Shown in pieces: positions 52,126 to 64,000 of a stretch of 64,000 nt of DNA (the stretch's first letter is position 1; each line of letters opens with the position of its first letter). The DNA comes from Octopus sinensis (Eukaryota), in contig NC_043013.1 in the NCBI RefSeq assembly GCF_006345805.1, positions 59,148,001 through 59,212,000 on the forward strand, written 5' to 3'. The position numbers and the translations under genes are program-made. Under the pieces are notes generated by a model. It had not been told where the DNA came from, did no database searches, and was given only the letters and a program-made list of their open reading frames with translations.

Positions 52126-52249
52126 AAATTTACCTCTGGCAATAATAATTGGGATTCCCCTTGTCACCGCTCTGAATATTCTAACGAATGTCTCATATCT
52201 GGCTGTTATGACAAAACGGGAGCTCTTACAGTCAGCTATAGTCGGTGGG
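52126..52249 (+). CDS. SLC7A9: SLC7A9-like exon 7
   Basis: tatag|A AAT TTA CCT ... GGT GGG|gtatgt. Encodes (R)[41 protein letters not shown]. 124 nt; not shown in the ORF track. Confidence 0.95.
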
Positions 52250-54819
52250 GTATGTTGTTCTTTGTTTTCCTATCAAACTAAATATTGAATGTATTGACAT
52301 TGAGGATAAATGCATTTACACCATGCATTTTATTTTAAGTTTCTCTGCCTCCACAGTCAAAGATGTATGGCACCTTACATATACACACACACATGCACTA
52401 ACATACCAAGATATATACTCCTGCTTTTATTTTTTCTTTCTTCCGTCTGACTTTCTGAAAAAGAGTGTAAGCTCAAAATATTAAAGACACTTTACTTTTC
52501 TTATCTCTCATTGTGTGCCAAACTAATTATCATTATATTCTGTTTTCACTTTGTCTTGTCATTATTCTCATCAATAATATTCAACAGTCCTTTGCTCAGT
52601 AAACTTGTGGGGACTGAGGAAGCTGGAAGTAAATGAATGGCTTGTGAAAGCTGTACAAACCATGTACAGGGGTATTGACAAGAGGGTGAAAGTTAGCAAC
52701 AGTGAAAGCACGTGGCATAGTGGTAAGAGTGTTGCATGCATGATTGCCAGATTACAGGTTCAGTTCCTGGAACAGGTGACATGTGTTCTTGAGAAAAACA
52801 CTTCAAGTTTCTCTAGTGCTATGTGGAGACTGGCATGTAAAAAAGTATTTCCATATTCTCATATTGACTGGCATGTGAAAGAGCATCTATATTTCCTCTG
52901 CATGTCATAAAAGGTGACTAAAAGAGGTTGAGGTAGTATTTGAACACTGGGGTTGTTTAATTGACTAAGAGGGTAGTGAAATCAGTACTTGATCTATTTG
53001 AGAGGGCTTACTAGAAACTGATGAAGAAATTTAAAGACCTGTACCATGTTAAGCCATTGATTAGCAATGAAATGTAGATTGGGGAAATGGAGACACTCAT
53101 AATATCAAAATAATTTCGAACATCAAAACACAATGAAAAAATGTAATGCAGTGCTTGGCACCTGATACACAGAACAGGATGAACAAATTACATAGAACTC
53201 TGTTACCTTTGGTGCTCTGTTTTACATGGGTTGCCATTTCAGAGCTGTGAATGTTGGTTTTAATGTTGGGCAGTTATTTACTGGTATTGGTGACATAGCC
53301 ATTGATTGTACAGTAGTTAAAAACTGTTATCTAGTAGCTCAATATGATACAATCTAAATAATAGTCTGCTTGTTTGTTTGACCATTAGACTTTAGTTAGT
53401 TAGAGAGGTGGAGTAAAAGTGAGAGGGGGCAGGAGAAGAAATGTGAGTAGAGAAGAAAGAAGAGAGGAGTATAATAATACACTAAGGCCAAATGCATCAC
53501 ATGGTTAGTTGAAGGGAGAGGTGAAGAGTGAGAGAAAAAGATGAGAGAAAAGTGCGAGAGAGAAGTGGTAATGATGTACTGTAGGGTGGGGAAGGAAAGG
53601 TGAAGAGAAAGAGAGAAATGTTATGAAGAGGGGAATTACATGGTTAAAAAGTTTGTTGAAGAAGAGAGGAATAGAAATTTGAAGTTCTTAGCAGAGGGAA
53701 GTTTTAAAATCATATAATGTATTATTGGGACAGGAAGTGAAATAATTTGGTAAAATAAAATTAAAAATCATCCTTTCTTTCTTAAATAGCTTCTCTTATC
53801 TTTTTTTGTTCTGTGGAATTTCCACAGATCCCAATAGTATAATACATAATATAACATTTGATTGAGGAAAGGCGGTGAGCTGGCAGAAACATTAGTACGC
53901 TGGACGAAATGCTTAGTGGTATTTCATCTGTCTTTACATTCTGAGTTCAAATTGCACCAAGGTTGACTTTGCCTTTGGTTCTTTTTGAGTCAATAAATTA
54001 AGTATCAGTTGCGTACTGGGGTCGATCTAATCTGCTGGCCCCCACCCCAAAAGTTTCGAGCCTTTTGCCTAGAGTAGAAAAGAATATTTCATGAAACACT
54101 TCAAGGTAGTGAGCAGCATGGCCCGAGTCCAATAACTGAAATAACTAAAGAGTGAATAGATATTTCTGTTCATCTGACCACCTGTCTCTATTTGTTTACC
54201 TCTATCTCTATACAGGATGGCTCAAAAGTAGGTTTACAGTTATTCAAATATCTCTTTCACATTCATATATTAAAAGTTTAGATCTTTATTAAGAAAAAAA
54301 TATGAAACCATTATTCTTTGCTAATTTAGTTAATTGTAAGATAGAAATATAAATGTAATAAAATGTTTTAAAAGAAATTTAAAGTGCCCGTGTGATTAAC
54401 TGTAAATCTATACACTGTATATCTGGTTATTTTCATCTATCTCTATCTGTCTGTCAATCCGCCTGTCTGTCTCTGTCTATCAGCTTCTCTCTCTGTGTCT
54501 ATCTGTCATTCTATCTCTCTCTGTCTATCAGTCACTCTCTCTATCCATCTCTGTCTATCTATCAATTTATCCCTGTTCCTCTATCTACTGTTGTCTGTCT
54601 TTTTCCGTAATAAATTTTTTAAAATGTACACAGTTACAAAGTTTATATTTATTTACATGACATTCAGGTCTGATAGTTCCTGCACCCCACCACAAGGTTT
54701 GGATATGATCTATGTTGTTTTTGTTCTTCTTTTTAATTAATCAGTCAAACACAAAACAAAAAACAAATAAAACAAATTCTTCAAGATGCAAATTTCTAAA
54801 GAATACTTATTTTTTCCAG

Positions 54820-54923
54820 TTATGGGCTGATCGAGTTCTTGGGGTTGCTGCCATTATAATACCAATTTCTGTGGCCATGTCAACGTTTGGGGCAGTAAAT
54901 GGAAATTGTTTCACATGTGGGCG
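54820..54923 (+). CDS. SLC7A9: SLC7A9-like exon 8
   Basis: ttccag|TTA TGG ... GGG CG|gtgagt. Encodes LWADRVLGVAAIIIPISVAMSTFGAVNGNCFTCG(R). 104 nt. Confidence 0.95.
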
Positions 54924-55134
54924 GTGAGTATAAGTTTCCAGCCCATATTTTGTTTCATCTCAATAATAGTAACGACGTTGATGACGATGGTTATATTAAT
55001 GAAGATGGAGGTGGGGAGGATGAGAAAGTGACGATGGTGGTGTTGAAGATGATGTCAATGATGATGGTAATGGCAGTGAAGTTTATTACATGATTATCAA
55101 AATATTTTCCTATTTTCTGCATGTAGGTCCTTGC

Positions 55135-55400
55135 ATTTTATCTGGAGCGATGTAGTTTGTCCACCGATGCGACGAAGGCCATCTAGTCATCCTGGGGTGG
55201 GGGTGGACTTGTTTTGTGAGTCTGCAGATGGCTAGTGAGGCCAATCTGCGTCCGAAAGAGTCTTTGACAATGTGGACAGGGAATGGTAGTGTCTGCTACA
55301 GGGTTGTTAGCTCTGTTCTCCCTGGCTTGTCTGCGGTCTTCTGCAGCAGTGATCCTATTGGTCTTGCATGTGTTGGCATCCTTGTGGACAGCTGATATGG
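55135..55400 (-). mobile_element. RTE-like LINE extreme 3' end
   Basis: Terminal C2H2 finger IPCPHCQRLFRTQIGLTSHLQTH followed by a stop. Confidence 0.65.
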
Positions 55401-55727
55401 GTCTCAAATGCTGATAGAACGCCAGCAATGTTATGTACTGGAGTCAATCTGATCAGTTATACCTGTTCTCCAAAATGTGAGGTCTTGGGAAACATTATCA
55501 TATGGGAAGGATCTAGATAGAATATTCCATTTCATATAAATTTGTTTATTATAAAGATAGTGAAGAAAGGAAGAGAGGAGAGAAAATTACTTCTGGTTCT
55601 GATGTCTTGTTTACGTAGGTAGTTCATCATCTCACTTGTTGAAAAGAATATCTAACAATTACTCTACATACGTGCGTGTGTGTATATATACGTGCGTGTA
55701 TATATACGTGTGTGTATATATACGTGC

Positions 55728-55763
<36 letters not shown>

Positions 55764-56199
55764 GTATATCTGTAAGTTTTATCATCTTATATTATTCTAC
55801 TGGATTTGGAAAATTGTTGGCAGATTAATTCAGAATTTGATCTTTATAATGCTATTCTCGTATACTTGTAGTTACTGTTATATACATCATTATATTAGAA
55901 TTAATATTAATTACATATCACAAATAAGATGTTTTCATTATACTAAATAAATAAATGTATTAATACTTCCATTTCATTTATTAATTAATTGATGATAATT
56001 ATAAGAACGATAACAATTATAATAGATAATTAGTTTTATTTCACTTAAATAAATTTAATAACCAAAATATTATAGTATTGTATAGTTTATACCTTATATT
56101 ATTATTACAACAATATTATTTTGTTAATTCTCAAAGAATCATAAAATACTTGTTTTGTTATGTTACTTAATTTACTTATCTATAGTGTTCTCCCTTCCG

Positions 56200-56249
<50 letters not shown>

Positions 56250-56251
56250 TA

Positions 56252-56796
56252 TTGGGTTGTCCGGAAAGCTCGTGCTGATTTTTAAAGGAAAGAAAAAGGT
56301 CAATAAATACTTGCCATTACATTTTTAATCAACCAAATACGAACCATTTTGTTGTACAATGCGTCTCAATCTTTCCTTTGACTTGAAAATACCCTCTTCC
56401 CAGAATTGAGGGGGTTTCATGGCAAAGAATTCATCGAGGTATCTTTTTACGTCATCCAAGGAATTGAAATTTTTACCATTAAGACTATTCTGTAGAAACC
56501 TGAATAAGTGGAAATCCGAAGGAGCAATATCTGGTGAATATGGAGGGTGGGGTAACACATCCCAGCCGAACGGCAGCAATTTTTCTCTGGTTCCCAATTT
56601 TTCTTATCTTCCATCTTAAAGGGTTACAGAATTAACACAGGTTATAGGAACATAAGCCTTCTTCCACGAAAAGATAGCTTAAACTGTGCTCTAAATGGAG
56701 ATGTAGTCAAATCCTATTTTATGAACTCAACTATGTTCTAAAATAAGTCGAAAGGTAAGCTACTATAAAACGGCACGAACTTTCCGGACGACCCAA
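56252..56796 (-). mobile_element. Second copy of the mariner derivative
   Basis: TIRs TTGGGTTGTCCGGAAAG.../...CTTTCCGGACGACCCAA with TA TSD. Encodes WDVLPHPPYSPDIAPSDFHLF (YSPDLAPxD motif). Confidence 0.92.
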
Positions 56797-56879
56797 TATA
56801 TATAAACATTTGTGATATTGTATGTGTTGTTGTTACTGTATTTACTGTTACAATAAATGTCTCATCTTGTAATCTTTAG

Positions 56880-56976
56880 ATTGACTTACGCTGCAGCCAG
56901 AGAGGGTCATCTCCCACAGGTTCTCTCCTATCTTCACATCAGGAAGAAAACTCCTGTCATCTCCCTTATATTCTCA
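56880..56976 (+). CDS. SLC7A9: SLC7A9-like exon 9
   Basis: ctttag|A TTG ... TTC TCA|gtaagt. Encodes (R)LTYAAAREGHLPQVLSYLHIRKKTPVISLIFS. 97 nt, ends in phase 0. Confidence 0.95.
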
Positions 56977-57103
56977 GTAAGTCAAGCATATGATACCTCT
57001 GTATTCTCAGATGTTCATTCTGTTGTGTTGTTAAATTATGTGTGTATATACATACATATATACATGCATACATATGCGTGTGAGTGAGTGACTAAGTGTA
57101 TGT

Positions 57104-57144
<41 letters not shown>

Positions 57145-57578
57145 CGAGAGAGAGAAAGAGGGTAGTGAAAATAAAGAAATTCCTGGGCGCTGGAAGGCTG
57201 AGAACACAGCTTAGAAAATCAGGTAAATGCCCTTAGAAGTGACCAGCAAGGCTCCAATTGGTATTTGCTGCCTTGTAAAGGTGTTGATTCAATTTTCTAA
57301 GCTGTCTTCACAATCTTCCTGCATTCACAAATTCCTTTATATTCTATAGAATATCAACACATTGGGGCTTATAAGTTTGTTTACGATGTATGTGTGTATG
57401 TATGCATGCGTATGGTAAAGCTTTAACATGTAGAAAAACACTTGATCAGTGAAGTGATTAAAGATAATCTTTAAAAAAAATCCCCACAAATCTTGTAATT
57501 ACAGCTACCCAGGGCGAAATAATAATTTATCAATAATGAGACCTATTGAGTCAAGTACGTCAACATCAGCATCAAAAT

Positions 57579-57678
57579 NNNNNNNNNNNNNNNNNNNNNN
57601 NNNNNNNNNNNNNNNNNNNNNNNNNNNNNNNNNNNNNNNNNNNNNNNNNNNNNNNNNNNNNNNNNNNNNNNNNNNNNN
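57579..57678. other. Assembly gap (exactly 100 N)
   Basis: A run of 100 N is the usual placeholder for an unsized scaffold join. The gene strand flips across it. Confidence 0.99.
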
Positions 57679-58088
57679 TGAACTCAATATGAATGCTCTT
57701 ATCATTCGTACAATTGTAAGTTCATGTGCTGAGAATGAAATCCCAGTGAGTTGATATTCGAGCAAGGAAAAATGTATGAGTATAGATGATAGGGTGAAGT
57801 GTTAATATTAGTTAATGAAATTATGCCATGTTTCAAGTTGTTCAGAAGATTCTTTCACTGAAAAATATTGTTCATTCAATTTTACTGCAGAACAAGTATA
57901 TCGTTATGTTTAGGCTTTTTTGCCTCATTTTTTTCCCTCCACTTTTCAGTTGAAAATAAACCATAGCTGCTCAACATTTTACACTCAGGCTAAAGAGTCC
58001 AACGTTGAGATTTGGTTCAGTATATAATATCTCCAAGAAAATTCCAGTAAAATGATTAAACACACGCACACAAACACTCACTCACTCT

Positions 58089-58139
<51 letters not shown>

Positions 58140-58281
58140 GAGTTATCCAGAGAAATTCATTTCATTTTCATATTGTTGAGTATTTGCTTTTTCTTTTTTC
58201 TTTTTTTTTCTTCCTGAAACTTTCATGGAATTAAAATTTAATTCCAAATGGCAGAATATTTGTTTTTACCAATTTTGATGC

Positions 58282-58370
58282 TTAAAGCTTGTTGTCTTTG
58301 GAATGGTCAGGTGGCTTATATTTTGATGGAGCAACACACGCAAACTTTTGAATAAATTCAGTAAAGGCTT
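58282..58370 (-). CDS. SLC7A9: SLC7A9-like terminal coding exon 12 (opposite strand)
   Basis: Minus strand atttcag|AA GCC TTT ... CTT TAA. Encodes (E)AFTEFIQKFACVAPSKYKPPDHSKDNKL*, resembling the LAT C-terminal T..xQ....V.P motif. Phase matches exon 11. Confidence 0.88.
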
Positions 58371-58419
58371 CTGAAATATAGAAAAATAAGTACATAGGAT
58401 GAGTATAGATGTACACTTG

Positions 58420-58466
<47 letters not shown>

Positions 58467-59153
58467 TTAAGTAATACTCTCTTTACACTTTTACTTGTTT
58501 CAGTCAGCTGACTGCGGCCATGCCGGAGTACCGCCTTTATAGTCGAGCAAATCGACCCCAGAGCTTATTCTTTGTAAGCCTACTAACACAGAGTGTATAG
58601 GGTGTTTTTTACGTGTCACCAGCATCCACACCAATGCTGATACCTTGGTTTTAGTATCTCATTTATGTTGTGGTGGGTGTATCTTCTCGAGTATAGAAAT
58701 GCACCACATATCCCAGTCCTCTGTCACCTCCTTTGTAAGGTTCAGCATTCTAAGATCTCACGGTGATTAAAAAACCGGTATATATAATTGAGGCAGTATT
58801 TAGTAAAAATAGCCATCTATGTATTATACTTAAGCGAGGTCGTTGCCAGTGCCACTGGACTGGCTCCTGTGCAGGTGGCACATAAGAAGCACCATTTGAG
58901 CGTGGCCGTTGCCAGTACCGCCTGACTGGCCCTCATGGCGGTGGCACGTAAAAGCACCCACTACACTCTCAGAGTGGTTGGCGCTAGGGAGGACATTCAG
59001 CTGTAGAAACTCTGCCAGATCAGATTGGAGTCTGGTGCAGCCATCTGGTTTGCCAGGCCTCAGTCAAAGGTGGTGCCCCAAAATGGCCACAGCCAAATGA
59101 CAGAAACAAGAAAAAGAATGAGAAAAGATAGGTAAAAAAAAAGGCACACTTAC

Positions 59154-59322
59154 CCATGCATGGCAACTGGACTTTGAAGTGGACAAAAATGAAATAGAAG
59201 ATAAGTCCTCCGATGATTAAAAGGAAGGCGTAGAGGAAACCCAAATCGGGATTTTGTACAATTGGTGCTACCACCAGATATACGGAGATGATGAGCATTA
59301 CAATTGGTACAAGGATGAAAAC
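59154..59322 (-). CDS. SLC7A9: SLC7A9-like exon 11 (opposite strand)
   Basis: Minus strand ttttaag|GTT TTC ... ATG G|gtaagt. Encodes VFILVPIVMLIISVYLVVAPIVQNPDLGFLYAFLLIIGGLIFYFIFVHFKVQLPCM. 169 nt. Confidence 0.93.
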
Positions 59323-60454
59323 CTTAAAAGAAGATAAAGGGGAAATTCTTAAAATTAATCTTGGTTTCATTGAAAACAAAAGGGATTAGCAGCTGAAAAA
59401 TTTGATGAGAATTGTAATGTTTTATCTTTTATCGTGTATTTGTTTTAATCATTAGGCTGTGGCCATGATGGGGCACTGCCTGAGAGAACTTTAGTTCAAT
59501 GACTCAACCCCTGTGCTTATTTTCTTAAGCCTGGGCCTTATTCTATCAGTCAATTTTGCCAATGTTACATGGATGTAAGCACACCAACACTGGTTGTCAA
59601 GTGTATATCTTCGTGTCTCTGTTTGCCCCTCCCCTCCACCACTGCTTGACAACTGGTGTTCGTGCTTCCATTCCCATAAGTTATCAGTTTAGAAAAAGAG
59701 ATTCATAGAATAAGTATCAGGTTTCGAAAGCAAAACAAGTTCTAAGATCAATACATTGGACTAAAAATTCTTCAAGGCAATGCCCCAGTATGGCCACGTC
59801 TAATAACAAAATCCATTTCAGAAAAAATTAAATAGAAAGATGTCTAACATGTGTTCTGAAAATGCAATCTATAAACAGAAAAGCAACGACACGCAGGGAC
59901 ACAGCTTGCTTACCGTTGCTCCATCGGTTATGATGGTGAGTGTTCCAGTTGATCCAATCAATGGAAGAGGCTGCACATGAAATTGCACGTGCAAGTGGAT
60001 GAGTACACCACAGACATGCGTACCCTTAACGTAGTTCTCAGAGAGATTCAGCATGACAAAGTAATGTGACAAGGCTGGCCCCTTTGAAATACAGGTATTA
60101 CTTATTTCTTGCCAGCTGAGTGGACTGGAGCAATGTGAAATAAAGGGTCTTGCTTAAGGACACATAGCGCTGCCAGGAATCGAACTTACAACCTTACGAT
60201 TGTGAGCCAAATACCTTAACCACTAAACCACGTTCCTACACAGGGACACAACATGATTTAACGATTAAGAAGTTCGATTTGTAACTATGAGGCACAGACA
60301 TGGCTGTCTGGTTAAGAAACTTCTCAACAAACGTGGTTTCAGGTTCAATCCCATTGCATGGCATTCAAGGAACATATCTTCTACTGCCAATCCAGGATGA
60401 CCAAATCCTTGTGAGTTTTACCAAGTTCAATCAGAATCTGAAAGAAGCTCTTCA

Positions 60455-61090
60455 TGTATGTATATATTTGTATGAATGTATATATTTGTATGTATGTTTA
60501 TATCTGTATGTATGTATATATTTGTATGTATGTTTATATTTGTATGTATGTATATATTTGTATGTATGTATATATTTGTATGTATGTTTATATCTGTATG
60601 TATGTTTATATTTGTATGTATGTATATATTTGTATGTATGTATATATTTGTATGTATGTTTATATCTGTATGTTTATATTTGTATGTATATATTTATATG
60701 TATGTATATATTTGTATGTATATATTTGTATGTATGTATATATTTGTATGTATGTATATATTTGTATGTATGTTTATATCTGTATGTATGTATATATTTG
60801 TATGTATGTATATATTTGTATGTATGTATATCAGTGCTTTTCAAACATTTTGCTGGAGCGGAACCCCAAGAAAACATTCCACTGGCTCGAGGAACCCCTG
60901 TGCAATAATTTAATAGTCTTATGCACACATATCTGCTCAGGAGAATTAAAAATTACTGCCGATTTTAGCAGTTTTGTAACTTCTTGCGGAACCCCTGGAC
61001 TGTACTGGCGGAACCCTGGTTGAAAACCACTGATGTATATATTTGTATGTATGTATATATTTGTATGTATGTATATATTTGTATGTATGT
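60455..61090. repeat. 18-bp minisatellite (TATATTTGTATGTATGTA)n
   Basis: More than 20 tandem units; explains the YLYVCI-repeat ORFs. Confidence 0.95.
60832..61032. mobile_element. hAT-like MITE inserted in the minisatellite
   Basis: TIRs CAGTGcTTTTCAA / TTGAAAACCACTG, perfect 8-bp TSD ATGTATAT, repeated internal GGAACCC motifs. Confidence 0.85.
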
Positions 61091-62281
61091 GCTCAGTTCC
61101 TTCTTTACTGATCAGCAGGTATTGTCTAAATGATGCAATGCGACATTCAAAGGCTGTTTTCACTGACCTTCTGCCTCTGCCACCATCACTTCATCTCACA
61201 TAAGAGGGCAACGCCTGGCGGACAGGTGTGACAAAGGTCGATAGACACCAGCAGCTTGCTGCAACCAGCCTCATAACTTCCAGTAAATGTGTTGAGTGCC
61301 TTTCTTTCGTTTATCTACTCATTCGTGGGTATGTGTGTGAGTGTGTGTATATATATTTATATATATATATATAGTTCGATTTGAAAACCCCACTAGAATG
61401 GGAGAAAGCGCTAATATATGATATAAGTTATATGATGTATAAAAACATGTAATATACAAATAAATATCTGTAAATATAAAACCATTCGAATTTCTGAGTA
61501 CCTCATTTCTTCTAATATAAAATACCTGTACATCATCTCCAAACCTAATATATTTATATATATATAAATATATACATATATGTATGTATGTATGTATGTG
61601 TATGTATGTATGTATGTATGTATGTATGTATGTATGTATGTATGTATGTATGTATGCATGCATGTATGTATGTATGTATGCAGGTATGTATGTATGTATG
61701 TATGTATGTATGTATGTGTGTATGTATGTATGTGTGTATGTATGTATGTGTGTATGTATGTATGTATGTATGTATGTATGTATGTATGTGTGTATGTACG
61801 TATGTATGTATGTATAGGAGAGTATTGTAGATCGCTTGAAGCATTGTGTATTGTTTGTAAAGAATAAAACGTTTTGAATGGTACAACATTCAAAGTACTG
61901 GTAGTCAGTACTTTTCTGGCTTTCATGTTCCAAATATTGGCACTAGCACTGGTACTACAAAAGCATTATGAGATATGGTTTTGTTAAATGCAGACAGCTC
62001 TGAGTTTCATATTTCCCATAGTCTACAGAAGTACTCTTTTGTTATTCTGACTTTACTCTCTGCACCAATGTATGTAAATACTCTCATCGATTTCATATGC
62101 ATGTGTGTGTGTGTCTCCTCGTCTCAATAACATGATATTTGTAAATGAGCATCCCTGTCATCCAAGCAGTGTTATTTATTCCTAATGTTCCGTGGAAATA
62201 TATCTGCCCATAGGGAAATATTATCTTGCTTCAAAAACAGGTGAGGATTGGTAACAAGAAATATATCCACGTCTGCATGTG

Positions 62282-62330
<49 letters not shown>

Positions 62331-62342
62331 TTGTCTACTTAC

Positions 62343-62492
62343 CTTGAAAGGTCTGGGCTCATCTTTCTTTGTAAACCTCATTACTATAAGCGATAAGAAA
62401 GCCAGTCCATAGAAAAGCCAGGCAGTAAAACTGAAGAAATCAATTAGTGAAGATATTTCTCCTGGTATTATCATGATCAAAGCAATTATTGC
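62343..62492 (-). CDS. SLC7A9: SLC7A9-like exon 10 (opposite strand)
   Basis: Minus strand ctgcag|GCA ATA ... TTC AAG|gtaagt. Encodes [50 protein letters not shown]. 150 nt, phase 0-0, continues exon 9. Confidence 0.93.
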
Positions 62493-63219
62493 CTGCAGAT
62501 AAAGCAAAGAATTCAGTATTAGGACAGTTCTAGTACAATAGGATGTTATAATTGTTTGGAACAGACATGGAAACAAAGGAGCTCCATCCATGACGAAGCT
62601 GTTCAATTTTGTTTCTTTTATTTCTTTTACCAGTTAATATATTTTTTCTGATACAGATTTTATTTAAAGGTCATTAGAGAGAGATTTGAGATTTGGAGGA
62701 GACATGAGGCTCCCTCATTGGTTCCAAAACAGGGCCTGGATATGGCATCACAAATTTCAGCAAACAGAACTAAAACATGAAATACAATCATTCAATAAAA
62801 CTGGGTAAGATAATTCACTAAACGCTTGCAATTTTGATAGATTTGCATCTTTGGGGAGCAAAAAGTGTACAGTATGTACATCATATGTTACACACATACA
62901 CATTCTCTCTCTCCCTATTTACATAATCAGTCGTTCATATATCTGAAAATGAGGCACATTCTAAAGCATTATAGCAGAAATATATTTTGTAAGAAGTTAA
63001 ATGTTACGGGGCTGGTCATAAAGTGACCATTGGTTTCGTACCTATAAAGTGCTTAGCAGCATAGGTGACTCTGATGTATCGCCTCTATGACCACCCATGA
63101 CACTTCTTTATACATACATAAGACTTTTCTATTTCTATTCCTGAGCGCTATACTAATACATTTGTTTGTTTGTACTCCACCTGCCTTCGTCTTTTGTTTT
63201 ATTTCCCTTTATATATATA

Positions 63220-63283
<64 letters not shown>

Positions 63284-64000
63284 GCTTCTGATAGTCGTCC
63301 CTTGCCATGGTGGGTGCCTTTCTTACGTTTGTCTACTCACTCCGTGCACTGGTACCTTACAGGTGAGATCCCGTGCAAACAGTTGTGGTGCATCATAGGT
63401 ACATATGTGTCATCTCATATAACTTGTCACAAGGTATATAATTCTTTATTTGCTGTTTCACTTATTTACATATCAATCCATTTTAGAAGTTGTCGTGTGC
63501 TGCACATTTATACAAGGAACTGTGAAGGGGCTTTGAGGCTTTGAACAACACACTACAAGGTGTGTACCTGAATGGTAAATCATTACTTATATATATTGAT
63601 ATTTAGCAGAGGGAACAGAATGACTCAGGGACCAAGAATTTCATGTGTTGGCACTGATCAGCCACAAAACTTTCGGCACTTGAGTCACTCTGTTACTTCT
63701 GCTAAATATTAATAAAAATACACATATACTTATATTTTGAGTTCTATTTTCCTTGTTTCCATCGCCATACCTTTGTATATATAAGGTGCAATGGTTTATT
63801 CAAAACCTGACCAGAACCATCTGGCTTATTTCTATTCAGCTTTCAAGCCTCACAGCAGAGCTTGGCTCAATGCGGTGCCATCACTTGCAACTGGCACTCA
63901 GCTTGATAGTGACTACCAGTGCATTGGCATTTCCTTGAGGTTTGGTCTCCAGATCTGAGAGCCTCATGGATGTTACTTCGGATCCACAGTGGATTCTTTC

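Noticed and set aside
57505-57765. ORFs spanning the N gap
   Set aside because: Artefacts of translating through Ns.
60455-61090. CRISPR-like array
   Set aside because: Tandem units without unique spacers in a eukaryotic context; the single interruption is a hAT MITE with TSD.
60300-61933. Long YLYVCI/MYVC/HTYI-repeat ORFs (and similar YIYI ORFs throughout)
   Set aside because: They are translations of (TA)n, (TATG)n and the 18-bp minisatellite, with no coding evidence.
56976-62492. Biological trans-splicing between strands as the explanation for the split gene
   Set aside because: The strand switch coincides with an unsized scaffold gap, so assembly orientation error is far more parsimonious.

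Overview
Eukaryotic, AT-rich, microsatellite- and repeat-dense genomic DNA. The SINE, LINE and Penelope content points to an octopod cephalopod (inference). The only host gene I can support is a 12-coding-exon SLC7-family light-chain amino-acid transporter of the b(0,+)AT/SLC7A9 type. Exons 1-9 lie on the + strand (26690-56976). Exons 10-12 lie on the - strand just after a 100-N gap, so the right-hand contig is probably mis-oriented. Exon 1 carries apparent frameshifts. The rest is transposon debris: tRNA-derived SINEs, RTE and CR1/L2 LINEs, an R4/Dong-like element in (TAA)n, a gypsy relic, mariner/Tc1 relics, hAT MITEs and many Penelope-like element (PLE) fragments. The most notable hidden layer is RNA structure. 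About 17 type I hammerhead ribozyme motifs were found by eye, most at PLE-type termini. They include natural G3:C8 and A3:U8 core variants, versions with very long stem II, and sense-strand copies in the transporter introns that are paired with antisense partners. A duplicated double-pseudoknot motif (6714-6808 and 7495-7589) matches no ribozyme class I recognise. All coordinates were counted by hand, and no activity or database hit is claimed.
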